Shown: positions 37,517 to 45,725 of the stretch, piece after piece
How the letters are laid out: each line of letters begins with the position of its first letter
How positions within the stretch are numbered: position 1 is the stretch's first letter
DNA from: Phenylobacterium sp.
GTDB taxonomy: Bacteria; Pseudomonadota; Alphaproteobacteria; Caulobacterales; Caulobacteraceae
NCBI RefSeq assembly: GCF_004799395.1
Contig: NZ_SSMZ01000080.1
Coordinates: 5,705-69,704 of the forward strand
DNA length: 64,000 bases
Direction: 5' to 3'
Program-made: the position numbers and the translations under genes
Notes under the pieces: model-generated
Seen by the model: only the letters and a program-made list of their open reading frames with translations
Database searches by the model: none
What the model was told of the DNA's origin: nothing

Positions 37517-38352
37517 GTGGAATCGCGCCGCTGGTGGTGGCGCTCGTGCTGGGATCGGCCCTGCTTCACGCCACCTGGAACGTCCTGCTGCGCTCCGGCG
37601 CCGACCGCCTGTGGACGATCACGGTTATGAGCCTGGTTTCGGGCCTGACCGCGGCCGCGGCGATCGGCTTCCTGCCCGCGCCGGCCCAGTCGAGTTGGGC
37701 CTATGCGGCGGGTTCGGGGCTACTGCAGGTGGGCTACTGCGTCTTCCTCGTCTGGGCCTACGAGAAGGGCGAGCTGAGCCAGGTGTACCCGATCGCACGC
37801 GGCGCGGCGCCCCTGCTGGTCGCCCTGGGCGCGGCGGTGTTCGCCGGCGAGCGCCTGTCGCCCGGCGCCCTGGCGGGCCTGGCGCTCATCTCCGGCGGCA
37901 TCGTGGGTCTCAGCATGGGCCGTGAGCGACTACACCTGCACGCCACCCTGCTGGCCCTGGCGAGCGGCGGCTTCATCGCCGCCTACATGGTCTGCGACGG
38001 CATCGGCGTGCGCCTCTCAGGCCAGCCGATCTCGTACTTCGCCTGGATGTCGCTGGCCCAGGCCGCGCCCATGCCCTTCGTCTATTTCGCCATCCGCCGC
38101 CGATGGCTGTCGATCGGGGTCGACCGCGAGACCGCCAAGGCGGTGGGCGGCGGGGCGATTTCCATCGTCGCCTATGGCGTCGTGGTCTGGGCCATGGCCG
38201 GGGCGCAGATGGCCAAGGTCTCGGGCCTGCGCGAGACCTCAATCCTGTTCGCCGCGATCCTGGCGGTGCTGTTCCTGAAGGAGCGCTTCACCCTGCGCCG
38301 CGGGATCTGCGCTGGCCTGATCTCGCTCGGCGCGATCCTGCTGGCAGGCTAG
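37513..38352 (+). CDS. EamA/DMT-family transporter
   Basis: GTG at 37513 overlapping the preceding stop (GTGA). About 10 TM helices with a duplicated EamA pattern. Confidence 0.85.
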   Translation: MSGIAPLVVALVLGSALLHATWNVLLRSGADRLWTITVMSLVSGLTAAAAIGFLPAPAQSSWAYAAGSGLLQVGYCVFLVWAYEKGELSQVYPIARGAAPLLVALGAAVFAGERLSPGALAGLALISGGIVGLSMGRERLHLHATLLALASGGFIAAYMVCDGIGVRLSGQPISYFAWMSLAQAAPMPFVYFAIRRRWLSIGVDRETAKAVGGGAISIVAYGVVVWAMAGAQMAKVSGLRETSILFAAILAVLFLKERFTLRRGICAGLISLGAILLAG

Positions 38353-38777
38353 GCCTCCAGCTGGGCGTCCAGGGTGATCTCGGCGTTCAGCACCTTGGAG
38401 ACCGGGCAGTTCTGTTCGGCGCCCTTGGCCAGCTCCTGGAACTTGGCGTCATCGAGGCCGGGGACCCTGGCCCGGAGCGTCAGCGCCGACTTGCTGATCC
38501 GGAACCCGCCGCCGTCGGCCGGGTCCAGCGACACCGCGGCTTCGGTCTTCAGCTCCAGCGGTGTCAGCCCCGCCTGCTGCAGGGCGAAGGCCAGCGCCAT
38601 GGTGAAACAGCCGGCGTGGGCCGCGGCCAGCAGTTCCTCGGGATTGGTCCCCGGCTCATCCTCGAAGCGGGTCTTGTAGCTATAGGCCGTGCCGTTCAGC
38701 ACGCCTGACGCCGTCGTCAGATCGCCCGCCCCGTCGCGGCCCGTGCCGCGCCACATCGCGTTCGCCTTGCGGATCAT
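38349..38777 (-). CDS. osmC: OsmC-family peroxiredoxin
   Basis: ATG at 38777 (MIRKANAMWRGTG...). Cys motifs AAHAGCFTMAL and EQNCPVSK. Confidence 0.9.
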   Translation of the reverse strand: MIRKANAMWRGTGRDGAGDLTTASGVLNGTAYSYKTRFEDEPGTNPEELLAAAHAGCFTMALAFALQQAGLTPLELKTEAAVSLDPADGGGFRISKSALTLRARVPGLDDAKFQELAKGAEQNCPVSKVLNAEITLDAQLEA

Positions 38778-38878
38778 TCGTCGCCTCCTTCTGGTTGCCT
38801 GGCCCCCTAGCTGGGCGCCGCCCATGACATTCGCTACCGCAAACCGACTCGACTCCCCCGGAACGCCGATTTATGTTG

Positions 38879-38893
38879 GAACAAACTGGGAAC
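38879..38893. promoter_or_regulatory. putative LexA-type box, GAAC-N7-GAAC
   Basis: GAACaaactggGAAC in the osmC/VOC divergent gap, 19 nt before the ATG at 38912 and just upstream of its AAGGAG. Confidence 0.35.
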
Positions 38894-38911
38894 ATAAGGA
38901 GCGGCCGCGCC

Positions 38912-39250
38912 ATGCGGGACGACGGCAAGATCGACTATGTGGAGATGCCGGCGAGCGACCTGCCGGCCACCAAGGCCTTCTACGCCAAGGCCTTCGGCTG
39001 GAGCTTCACCGACTACGGCCCGGAATACGCCTCGATGAGCGAGGGCCTGGACGGCGGCTTCTACGCCGACGCCGCCGAGGCCGTCGCAAAGCCCCTGGTG
39101 ATCCTCTACGCCGCCGATCTGGAGGCCATGGAAGCCAAGGTCATCGCCGCCGGCGCGACCATCGTGCGCCCGATCTTCAGCTTCCCCGGCGGCCGAAGAT
39201 TCCACTTCACCGATCCGAGCGGGAATGAGCTGGCGGTGTGGGGGGAGTAG
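38912..39250 (+). CDS. VOC (glyoxalase/bleomycin-resistance/dioxygenase) family protein
   Basis: ATG at 38912 with AAGGAG upstream. IDYVEMPASDL...FYAKAFGW...GGRRFHFTDPSGNELAVW. Confidence 0.85.
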   Translation: MRDDGKIDYVEMPASDLPATKAFYAKAFGWSFTDYGPEYASMSEGLDGGFYADAAEAVAKPLVILYAADLEAMEAKVIAAGATIVRPIFSFPGGRRFHFTDPSGNELAVWGE

Positions 39251-39328
39251 GCGGCTTTCGCTTGCAGGCTGAGTCCGGCTTTCTTCACCTCCGTCGTCTG
39301 ATAGTCTGCGCGGCCTTGGGGATGGCGC

Positions 39329-40651
39329 ATGCGGCAACGGACATCGCTGGCAGTCTTGGCGGCGTTCGCGCTGGGCCTTTCGGCCGGCGCGGCGCGCGCG
39401 GTGGATGAGGGCAGGCTGAAGAACCTGTCGGCGCCGGCGCCGATCTCGGTGACGGCCCTGCCGGCCGATGCGCGGACGGTGAAATTCGCCAAGCTCGTGG
39501 TGCAGCTGAAGCCCGAACCCTGGGCCTTCCTGCGTAACAAGGACAGCCTCGCAGACGACCGCCTGATCAGCGCGCAGGACGGGCAGAAGGCGATCAGCCC
39601 CGGCCTCTTCGCCCAGATCTTCGAGGAGGAGCTGAAGAAGGCCAGCGGCAGGACCGCGACCGCCGGCGGCCTCTTCACCACCGAGGCGCCGGCGCCGCCG
39701 GAGTTGCTGGCGGCGGCCAAGATCACCGACATGCAAGGGCGGTTCTGCAAGAGCTGCGGCCTGATCCTCTCCAGTGGCCGCTGGGAGGGCGCGGTGGTGA
39801 TGACCGCCCACTGGGAGGTCTATTCCGTCGCCGAGCAGAAGGTGGTCGTCGCCGCCGACATCACCAGCGGCTTCAACGCGCCGTCGAAGGGCATCGACGG
39901 CGATCCCAGCCTGATGATCAACGACGCCTTCCGCGACAATGTCCGCCGGCTGATCGACTTCGTCGACTTCCGCCGCGCGGTCGCGGCGCCGGCGCAGGCG
40001 GCGCTCCCCTCCACGCCGCCGCCGTCGACGCTCGCGACGCTCGGCCTGGTGGCGGCCAAGCCCAAGCCGGGCATCGCCCAGGCCTCGCTTTCCGTCGCCC
40101 TGGTGATCTCGCCGCAGGGCTCGGGCAGCGGTTTCCTGGTCTCCGACGATGGCCTGCTGATCACCAACCACCACGTCGTGGGCGCCGCCAAGGTCGTGCG
40201 GCTGAAGTGGCCGGACGGCGGCGAGACCATCGGCGAAGTGCTGCGCAGCGACCCGCACCGCGACGTGGCCCTGATCCGCACCGCCCCGGGCGGCCGGCCG
40301 GCGCTGGGCCTGCGCCACGCCGCCGTCCAGCAGGGCGAGACGGTATTCGCCATCGGCTCGCCGCTCGGCGCCCAATTCCAGAACACCATGAGCAAGGGCA
40401 TCGTCTCGGCGCTGCGCAACCAGCAGGGCCAGGCCTTCATCCAGAGCGACGTGATGGTCAATCACGGCTCCTCCGGCGGGCCGCTGCTTGACGAGACCGG
40501 CCGGGTGATCGGCCTCACCGCCTCGGGCCAGATGGTCAACGAGGCCCCGGTGGGCATCAACTTCTTCATCCCCATCGACGACGCGCTGAAGACCCTGAAC
40601 GTCACCGCGCCGCCCGAACCTGCGGTCCGCGAAGCCGACCGCAAACCCTGA
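39329..40651 (+). CDS. secreted trypsin-like (S1C) serine protease with unknown N-terminal domain, no PDZ
   Basis: Signal MRQRTSLAVLAAFALGLSAGAARA. Catalytic triad contexts TNHHVV, HRDVALIR and GSSGGPLLD. Confidence 0.85.
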   Translation: MRQRTSLAVLAAFALGLSAGAARAVDEGRLKNLSAPAPISVTALPADARTVKFAKLVVQLKPEPWAFLRNKDSLADDRLISAQDGQKAISPGLFAQIFEEELKKASGRTATAGGLFTTEAPAPPELLAAAKITDMQGRFCKSCGLILSSGRWEGAVVMTAHWEVYSVAEQKVVVAADITSGFNAPSKGIDGDPSLMINDAFRDNVRRLIDFVDFRRAVAAPAQAALPSTPPPSTLATLGLVAAKPKPGIAQASLSVALVISPQGSGSGFLVSDDGLLITNHHVVGAAKVVRLKWPDGGETIGEVLRSDPHRDVALIRTAPGGRPALGLRHAAVQQGETVFAIGSPLGAQFQNTMSKGIVSALRNQQGQAFIQSDVMVNHGSSGGPLLDETGRVIGLTASGQMVNEAPVGINFFIPIDDALKTLNVTAPPEPAVREADRKP

Positions 40652-40668
40652 CCCGAAGGATGCCGCCC

Positions 40669-41916
40669 ATGCGCCGCCGCGCGTTCCTGACTGCCGCCGC
40701 CGCCGCCGCGGTGGCGGGTTCCGCCCTCGCCTCCGGCCTGGCCCGCGCCGCCGCGCCGACGGGCCTGACCTCCATGACCAAGGACGCCAGGCCGATCTCC
40801 CGCGAGGAACGGATGGCGCGGATCGGCAAGCTGCAGCGCCTGATGTCCGAGCAGGGTGTCGGAGGCATGATCATGGAGTCCGGTTCCAGCCTGGAATACT
40901 TCACGGGCGTCCAGTGGCGCCGCTCCGAGCGGACCACCGCGGCGGTGATCCCCGCCAAGGGCGAGCCGGTGCTGGTGACGCCGGCGTTCGAGGAGCCCTC
41001 CGTACGCGAAACCCTGGCGGTCGGCGGCGAGGTGCGCCCCTGGAACGAACATGAGAGCCCCTTCGCGTTGCTGGCCGGCGCGCTGCGCGACCGCGGCGCG
41101 GGCGTTGGCAAGATCGCCTTCGAGGACACCACGCGGCTCTACATCGTCGACGGCGTGCGCGCCGCCGCGCCGGGGCTGAGCATCGTCTCGGGCACCGCCC
41201 TGGTCCGCGCCTGCCGGCTGATCAAATCGCCCGCCGAACTGGCGCTGATGCAGACCGCCAACGACGTGACCCTGGCGGCGCTGCGCCACGTCCACGCCAA
41301 TGTCCATGCTGGCATGAACCCCGGCGAGATCGGCGGGCTGATGAACACCGCGACGTCGGCGCTGGGCGGTTCGCCGGAGTTCTCCCTGGTGCTGATCAAC
41401 GAGGCCAGCGCCTATCCGCACGGCTCCAAGCAGCCGCAGACCCTGCGCGACGGCTCGGTGATCCTGATGGACGTGGGTTGCACGGTGCATGGCTACCAGT
41501 CCGATATTTCCCGGACCTGGGTCATGGGCTCGCCCACCGCCAGGCACCGCAAGGTCTGGGACACCGTCAAGCGCGGCCAGGAGATCGCGCTCGCCGCGGC
41601 CAAGCCGGGCGTTCCGGTCGGGACGATCGACGACGCCGTGCGCGCCTACTACGAGAAGGAGGGCTGGGGCCCCGGCTACAAGCTGCCGGGCCTGTCGCAC
41701 CGCACCGGCCATGGCATCGGCCTGGACGGCCACGAGCCGCCCTATCTGGTGCACGGCGATGCGACGCCGCTGGAGGCCGGCATGTGCTTCTCCGACGAGC
41801 CGGGCATCTACATCCCAGGCGAGTTCGGCATCCGGCTGGAGGATTGCTGGCGGATGACCGAGACCGGTCCGAAGCTGTTCACCCCCTTCGCCAGGTCCAT
41901 CGACGACCCGATCTAG
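40669..41916 (+). CDS. M24B Xaa-Pro peptidase with Tat signal
   Basis: GAAGGA 8 nt before the ATG at 40669. MRRRAFLTAAAAAAVAGSALA, HRTGHGIGLDGHEPPYL and FSDEPGIY. Confidence 0.88.
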   Translation: MRRRAFLTAAAAAAVAGSALASGLARAAAPTGLTSMTKDARPISREERMARIGKLQRLMSEQGVGGMIMESGSSLEYFTGVQWRRSERTTAAVIPAKGEPVLVTPAFEEPSVRETLAVGGEVRPWNEHESPFALLAGALRDRGAGVGKIAFEDTTRLYIVDGVRAAAPGLSIVSGTALVRACRLIKSPAELALMQTANDVTLAALRHVHANVHAGMNPGEIGGLMNTATSALGGSPEFSLVLINEASAYPHGSKQPQTLRDGSVILMDVGCTVHGYQSDISRTWVMGSPTARHRKVWDTVKRGQEIALAAAKPGVPVGTIDDAVRAYYEKEGWGPGYKLPGLSHRTGHGIGLDGHEPPYLVHGDATPLEAGMCFSDEPGIYIPGEFGIRLEDCWRMTETGPKLFTPFARSIDDPI

Positions 41917-42004
41917 CATCAGGGTTAGCGGCTTGGCCGTACCTTAGATCAACCACGCTCGTTGACCGGCGCTACATCTTTGCGCGGTTTGATGGCGGTC
42001 TCGA

Positions 42005-42745
42005 TTGAGGGGGGCTCCTCGATCGGAGGCGGACGTGACCGACCCGGAGCGGCCTGACGCGGCGAACGACGACCTGGGCGCAAATCCGCGCCGCCGTGGC
42101 CCGGCGGCGGCGCCCGACGAGCGCCGGGAACTCGACCACCGCCTGGCCAACAGCCTGCAGCTCGCCGCCGATTTCCTGATCTTCGCCCAGCTTCGGGTGA
42201 TGGACGCCGAGGCCCGCACCGTGCTGCGCGAGACGGCCGACCGGCTCTCGGCGGTCGGCCAGATGCACCGGTTCATGGCGATCCGCCGCGGGCCGCAGGT
42301 CGACCTGGCGGCATTCCTGGCCGAGCTGGGCGAGCTGATCGCCGAGAGCACCGGCCTCGCCTGCGATGTCGACGCCGAGCCCGTCGAGGTCCCCGGCGAC
42401 CTCGCCCAGCACCTGGCGATCGCGGTCAACGAACTGGCGATGAACGCCGCCAAGCACGCCTATGCCTGGGGCGAGCGCGGCCCCCTGCACATCATCTGCC
42501 GCCGTCAGGGGAGCGGTCGCCTGCGCCTGACCGTCGCCGACGAGGGCCGAGGCCTCGGCGAGGCTTTCAACGGCCCCCGGCTCGGCGGCCTGGGCATGGC
42601 CATCGTCCAGGCGGTAGTGCGCCAGCTGGACGGCCTGTTCGAGGCAGTCAGCGACCACGGCGCGCGCTTCACCCTGAGCGTCCCCCTGCCCGGGACGCCG
42701 CCTCCGGCGCCCCGCTCCTTCGCGCCGCCGGGCGCCGAGGACTGA
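42005..42745 (+). CDS. short HisKA_2/HWE-type histidine kinase without recognisable sensor domain
   Basis: H-box LDHRLANSLQL, N-box NELAMNAAKHAY, G-box ADEGRGL. TTG track start, so the true start is uncertain. Confidence 0.7.
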   Translation: MRGAPRSEADVTDPERPDAANDDLGANPRRRGPAAAPDERRELDHRLANSLQLAADFLIFAQLRVMDAEARTVLRETADRLSAVGQMHRFMAIRRGPQVDLAAFLAELGELIAESTGLACDVDAEPVEVPGDLAQHLAIAVNELAMNAAKHAYAWGERGPLHIICRRQGSGRLRLTVADEGRGLGEAFNGPRLGGLGMAIVQAVVRQLDGLFEAVSDHGARFTLSVPLPGTPPPAPRSFAPPGAED

Positions 42746-42748
42746 ACC

Positions 42749-43801
42749 CTAGCCCTTCGCGTCCTGGATCGCCGAGAGCTTCCAGGGACCCCCGATCTGA
42801 CGGACGAAGGTCCAGAGTTCGGTGGTCTGGCTGGGGGTGTCGGGATCGCCGCTCAGCACCGCGCCGGTCGTGCGGTCGCGCATCAGGTCGACGCTCTCGT
42901 AGCGCATCGACGCGGTTGCATATTCCACGTCGTTCTCGCGCCAGGCTTCGCCCACGTCGGCCTGCAGGAGGCGCGTGCCGCTGACCTCGTTGCGGCGCCC
43001 ATGGGTGGCGTTCTCGCTGAGCTCTTCAGACAGGTAGGAGACGATCTCCGGCGTGCAGTGCTCGCGCAAGGCCGCGTAGTCTTCGCGCCCGAACGCGTCC
43101 TGGATCTCCTTCAGCAGGCCCTCGAAGGTCGCCTGATCCTGCGGGGTGATCGGAGTCTCCCAGCTGGGGCCCGTGGTGGGCACATAGGGCGCCGCCGCCG
43201 GACCGCCGCCGAAGCCCGTGCCGCCGAACGGGCCACCGCCGAACCCTGCGCCGGCGCCGCCGAACGGCTGCGGACCGCCGCCATAGGACGGCTGCTCGAA
43301 GGCCGAATAGCCGCTGCGCCGGCGGATCAGGCGCATGACGAAACTGACGATGAAGAACAGCACCAGCAGCTGGATCAGGATGGTCAGCAGGCCGCCCCCG
43401 CCGCCGCCCCATCCGGAGCCGCCCCAGCCGCCGCCCCAGTGGTGGCCGAACAGGCCGCCGATCAGACCGCCGGCCACTAGGCCGCCCATGAAGCCGCCAA
43501 AGGGGCTGCGCCCGAAGGGACCGCCGCCATAGCCGTAACCCGGCTGATAGCCTGAGTAGCCCGGCATGCCGGGTTGCGGTGCAAAGGCTCCGCCCGGCGT
43601 GGCCGAGGGCGAGGTCATGGACCGCTGCACCGGGGCTGTGGAGCCGGGTGCGGTGGCGGTGGGCGCCGGCGCGGAATAGGTGCGCGATCCGCGGCTGCCG
43701 AAACTGCCGCCGCGCCGGGCGTCGGCCGGCGCCGCCACCAGCATGCAAACCGCCAGCGCCATGCCGAGCGCGGCGGAAATCTTGGTCCGAAGACGCGTCA
43801 T
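42749..43801 (-). CDS. Tim44-like domain protein with Gly-rich region and TM helix
   Basis: Signal/TM, GGGWGGSGWGGGGGG, TM LLTILIQLLVLFFIVSFV, and a C-terminal Tim44-like fold (FEGLLKEIQDAFGREDYAALREHCTPE...WKLSAIQ). Confidence 0.85.
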   Translation of the reverse strand: MTRLRTKISAALGMALAVCMLVAAPADARRGGSFGSRGSRTYSAPAPTATAPGSTAPVQRSMTSPSATPGGAFAPQPGMPGYSGYQPGYGYGGGPFGRSPFGGFMGGLVAGGLIGGLFGHHWGGGWGGSGWGGGGGGLLTILIQLLVLFFIVSFVMRLIRRRSGYSAFEQPSYGGGPQPFGGAGAGFGGGPFGGTGFGGGPAAAPYVPTTGPSWETPITPQDQATFEGLLKEIQDAFGREDYAALREHCTPEIVSYLSEELSENATHGRRNEVSGTRLLQADVGEAWRENDVEYATASMRYESVDLMRDRTTGAVLSGDPDTPSQTTELWTFVRQIGGPWKLSAIQDAKG

Positions 43802-43975
43802 CTAAAATTCTCCCCTGACGTCTTTCATGTAAGTCGCCGCCGCCGGCCCCGCCAGATGAGGCCGCTGCATCACAAAGCCGCGATCCCTGCCGCGTCGCGA
43901 CGCGAGGATCGGTCCGGGCTTGACCGTGGCGGCTTGCGTCACGACCTTCCGCAATCAGCCAGACCGGAGCGCGTC

Positions 43976-44626
43976 GTGAATCCCTTTCCCGAAGACATCT
44001 TCACCGAGCCGGAAGACGTCGATCCAAACACCCTGGCCAACCTCGGCCCGCTCGCGCGCCTCGCCGGGATCTGGCAGGGCAAGAAGGGCGTCGACCTCAA
44101 CCCCAAGGCCGACGGACCCGAGCGGCGCGTCTATCTCGAGCGCATCGAGATGCAGCCGATCGACCCGCAGGCCAACGGCCCGCAGCTGTTCTATGGCCTG
44201 CGCTACCACGTTCATATCAACACCGAGGAAGAGGACATCACTTTCCACGACCAGGTGGGCTACTGGCTGTGGGAGCCGGCGACCGGGCTGATCCTGCAGA
44301 CCGTGGCGATCCCCCGCGGCCAGGTGGTGCTGGCCGGCGGCGTCGCGGCGCCCGACGGCTCGGGCCTCAGCGTCAGCGCGCGCCGCGGCTCGACCGAGCA
44401 CGGCATCGCTTCCACCGCCTTCCTGGAATACGCCTTCCGCACCGACGCCTACGATCTGAAGGTGACCTTCAATCCCGATGGAAGCTGGTCCTACGTCTCG
44501 GAAACCATGCTCACTGTGCGCGGCCGCGCCGAGCCGTTCCGCCACCTCGACATCAACCGCCTGACGAAGATCGGCGAGCCCACGCCAAACCCGCTGGCGC
44601 TGATCGGCGCGGCCCAGCCGGCCTGA
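43976..44626 (+). CDS. heme-binding beta-barrel (nitrobindin/THAP4-like, DUF1794) domain protein
   Basis: GTG at 43976 with GGAG upstream. LAGIWQGKKGVDLNP... lipocalin-like pattern. The track ORF is over-extended upstream. The family call is tentative. Confidence 0.55.
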   Translation: MNPFPEDIFTEPEDVDPNTLANLGPLARLAGIWQGKKGVDLNPKADGPERRVYLERIEMQPIDPQANGPQLFYGLRYHVHINTEEEDITFHDQVGYWLWEPATGLILQTVAIPRGQVVLAGGVAAPDGSGLSVSARRGSTEHGIASTAFLEYAFRTDAYDLKVTFNPDGSWSYVSETMLTVRGRAEPFRHLDINRLTKIGEPTPNPLALIGAAQPA

Positions 44627-44634
44627 TTGGAACG

Positions 44635-45195
44635 TCAGGCGCCGGGCTTCTCGCCGCGCCGGTCGGGCGTGTCCTGGATCGGCATGTCGATGTCGCGCAG
44701 CCCCGAAGCCTTCAGGGCGGTATGGATGTCGCCCGGCCCGTTGACGTCGGTGGTGGTGGTGAAGCTGAAGCCGGCCGGTAGGGCGCGATGTTCGGACTCA
44801 TTCTGGAAACCGCCCTGCGCGCCGGCGTTTAGCGCCAGCTTGTAGGTCTTGCCCGGCTCAGCGGTGCAAAGAAGGACGAAGGTCTTGCGGTCGTCCAGCA
44901 GACGCGCGGTCTTCAGGCACGGCAGCGGCTCGGCGCCGGCCGAGGAGGTGACGTCGAAGCCGGTCTGCAGCATCGATTGGTCGAAGGTCACGCTGAGCAC
45001 AAGCAAGCCCGGGGCGATCGCCGCGCCGGCGGCCGGATAGGATTTGACCAGCTTGGGCGCCTCGCTTCTCGGGAAGACGGTGAGCGGCGAGACAGTGGCC
45101 GGCGGCGGCGGCGGGCCAGGTGCCACGGCGGGCGGCGCGGCGGCGGCGGCGCTGCTGGCAAGGGCGGCGGCGAGGATCGAGGCGGCAAGACGCAT
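44635..45195 (-). CDS. exported Ig-like (SbsA_Ig-type) domain protein
   Basis: Signal MRLAASILAAALASSAAAAA, a poly-Pro linker, then LVKSYPAAGAAIAPGLLVLSVTFDQSM...GKTYKLALNAG...FSFTTT. Confidence 0.55.
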   Translation of the reverse strand: MRLAASILAAALASSAAAAAPPAVAPGPPPPPATVSPLTVFPRSEAPKLVKSYPAAGAAIAPGLLVLSVTFDQSMLQTGFDVTSSAGAEPLPCLKTARLLDDRKTFVLLCTAEPGKTYKLALNAGAQGGFQNESEHRALPAGFSFTTTTDVNGPGDIHTALKASGLRDIDMPIQDTPDRRGEKPGA

Positions 45196-45333
45196 GGCCT
45201 TAAGACCCTGCCGCCCAACCGCGACCGGAACAAGGCCTCACCGCATCACCAGCGTTTCAGCTGGCTGGCGCAGGTCACCGGACAAAGGGACCGTCCAAAG
45301 ACGATCCTCTTCGACATTGATGGCGGTCGGCGA

Positions 45334-45531
45334 TCAGGCGCTCTGCAGCGCCTTCCGATGGCGGTAGGTCATTGCGCCGACGGCGAAGAACCCCAGGATC
45401 ATCATCGCCCAGGTCGAGGGCTCGGGAGCCGCCGAAGAACTGATCGTGGGAAAGGTCGCGGTCCAGTAGCCGGCCGTCGGGTATCCGGCGTAGGGATCTG
45501 CATTGTTGAGGGCGTTGAACTGGTCGGCCAC
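45334..45531 (-). CDS. short ORF ending in a PEPxxWA-CTERM sorting signal
   Basis: C-terminus APEPSTWAMMILGFFAVGAMTYRHRK. GTG start. No signal peptide in any upstream frame (in-frame stop 29 codons upstream and no ATG). Confidence 0.5.
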   Translation of the reverse strand: MADQFNALNNADPYAGYPTAGYWTATFPTISSSAAPEPSTWAMMILGFFAVGAMTYRHRKALQSA

Positions 45532-45725
45532 GCTCGTCAGGGTTTGTCCCGAGGGCGTGTGGGCTACGGCGTCGACGGGAGGTTCAATGCCGCACGCAGC
45601 GAACTCGGGCCGGCTAATCCTCTGGGCCTGCTCCGCAGCGTGTCAGCGATAGTCAAAATCCGGACCTCGCCACCGCCCACGCCTCTGCTAACACTGCGAA
45701 GTCCAGCCGGGGAGCGCCTATCCAG

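Noticed and set aside
38834-41919. 543-aa and 485-aa minus-strand ORFs (38834..40465 and 40462..41919)
   Set aside because: Antisense to the VOC, S1C protease and M24 peptidase genes. These are shadow frames.
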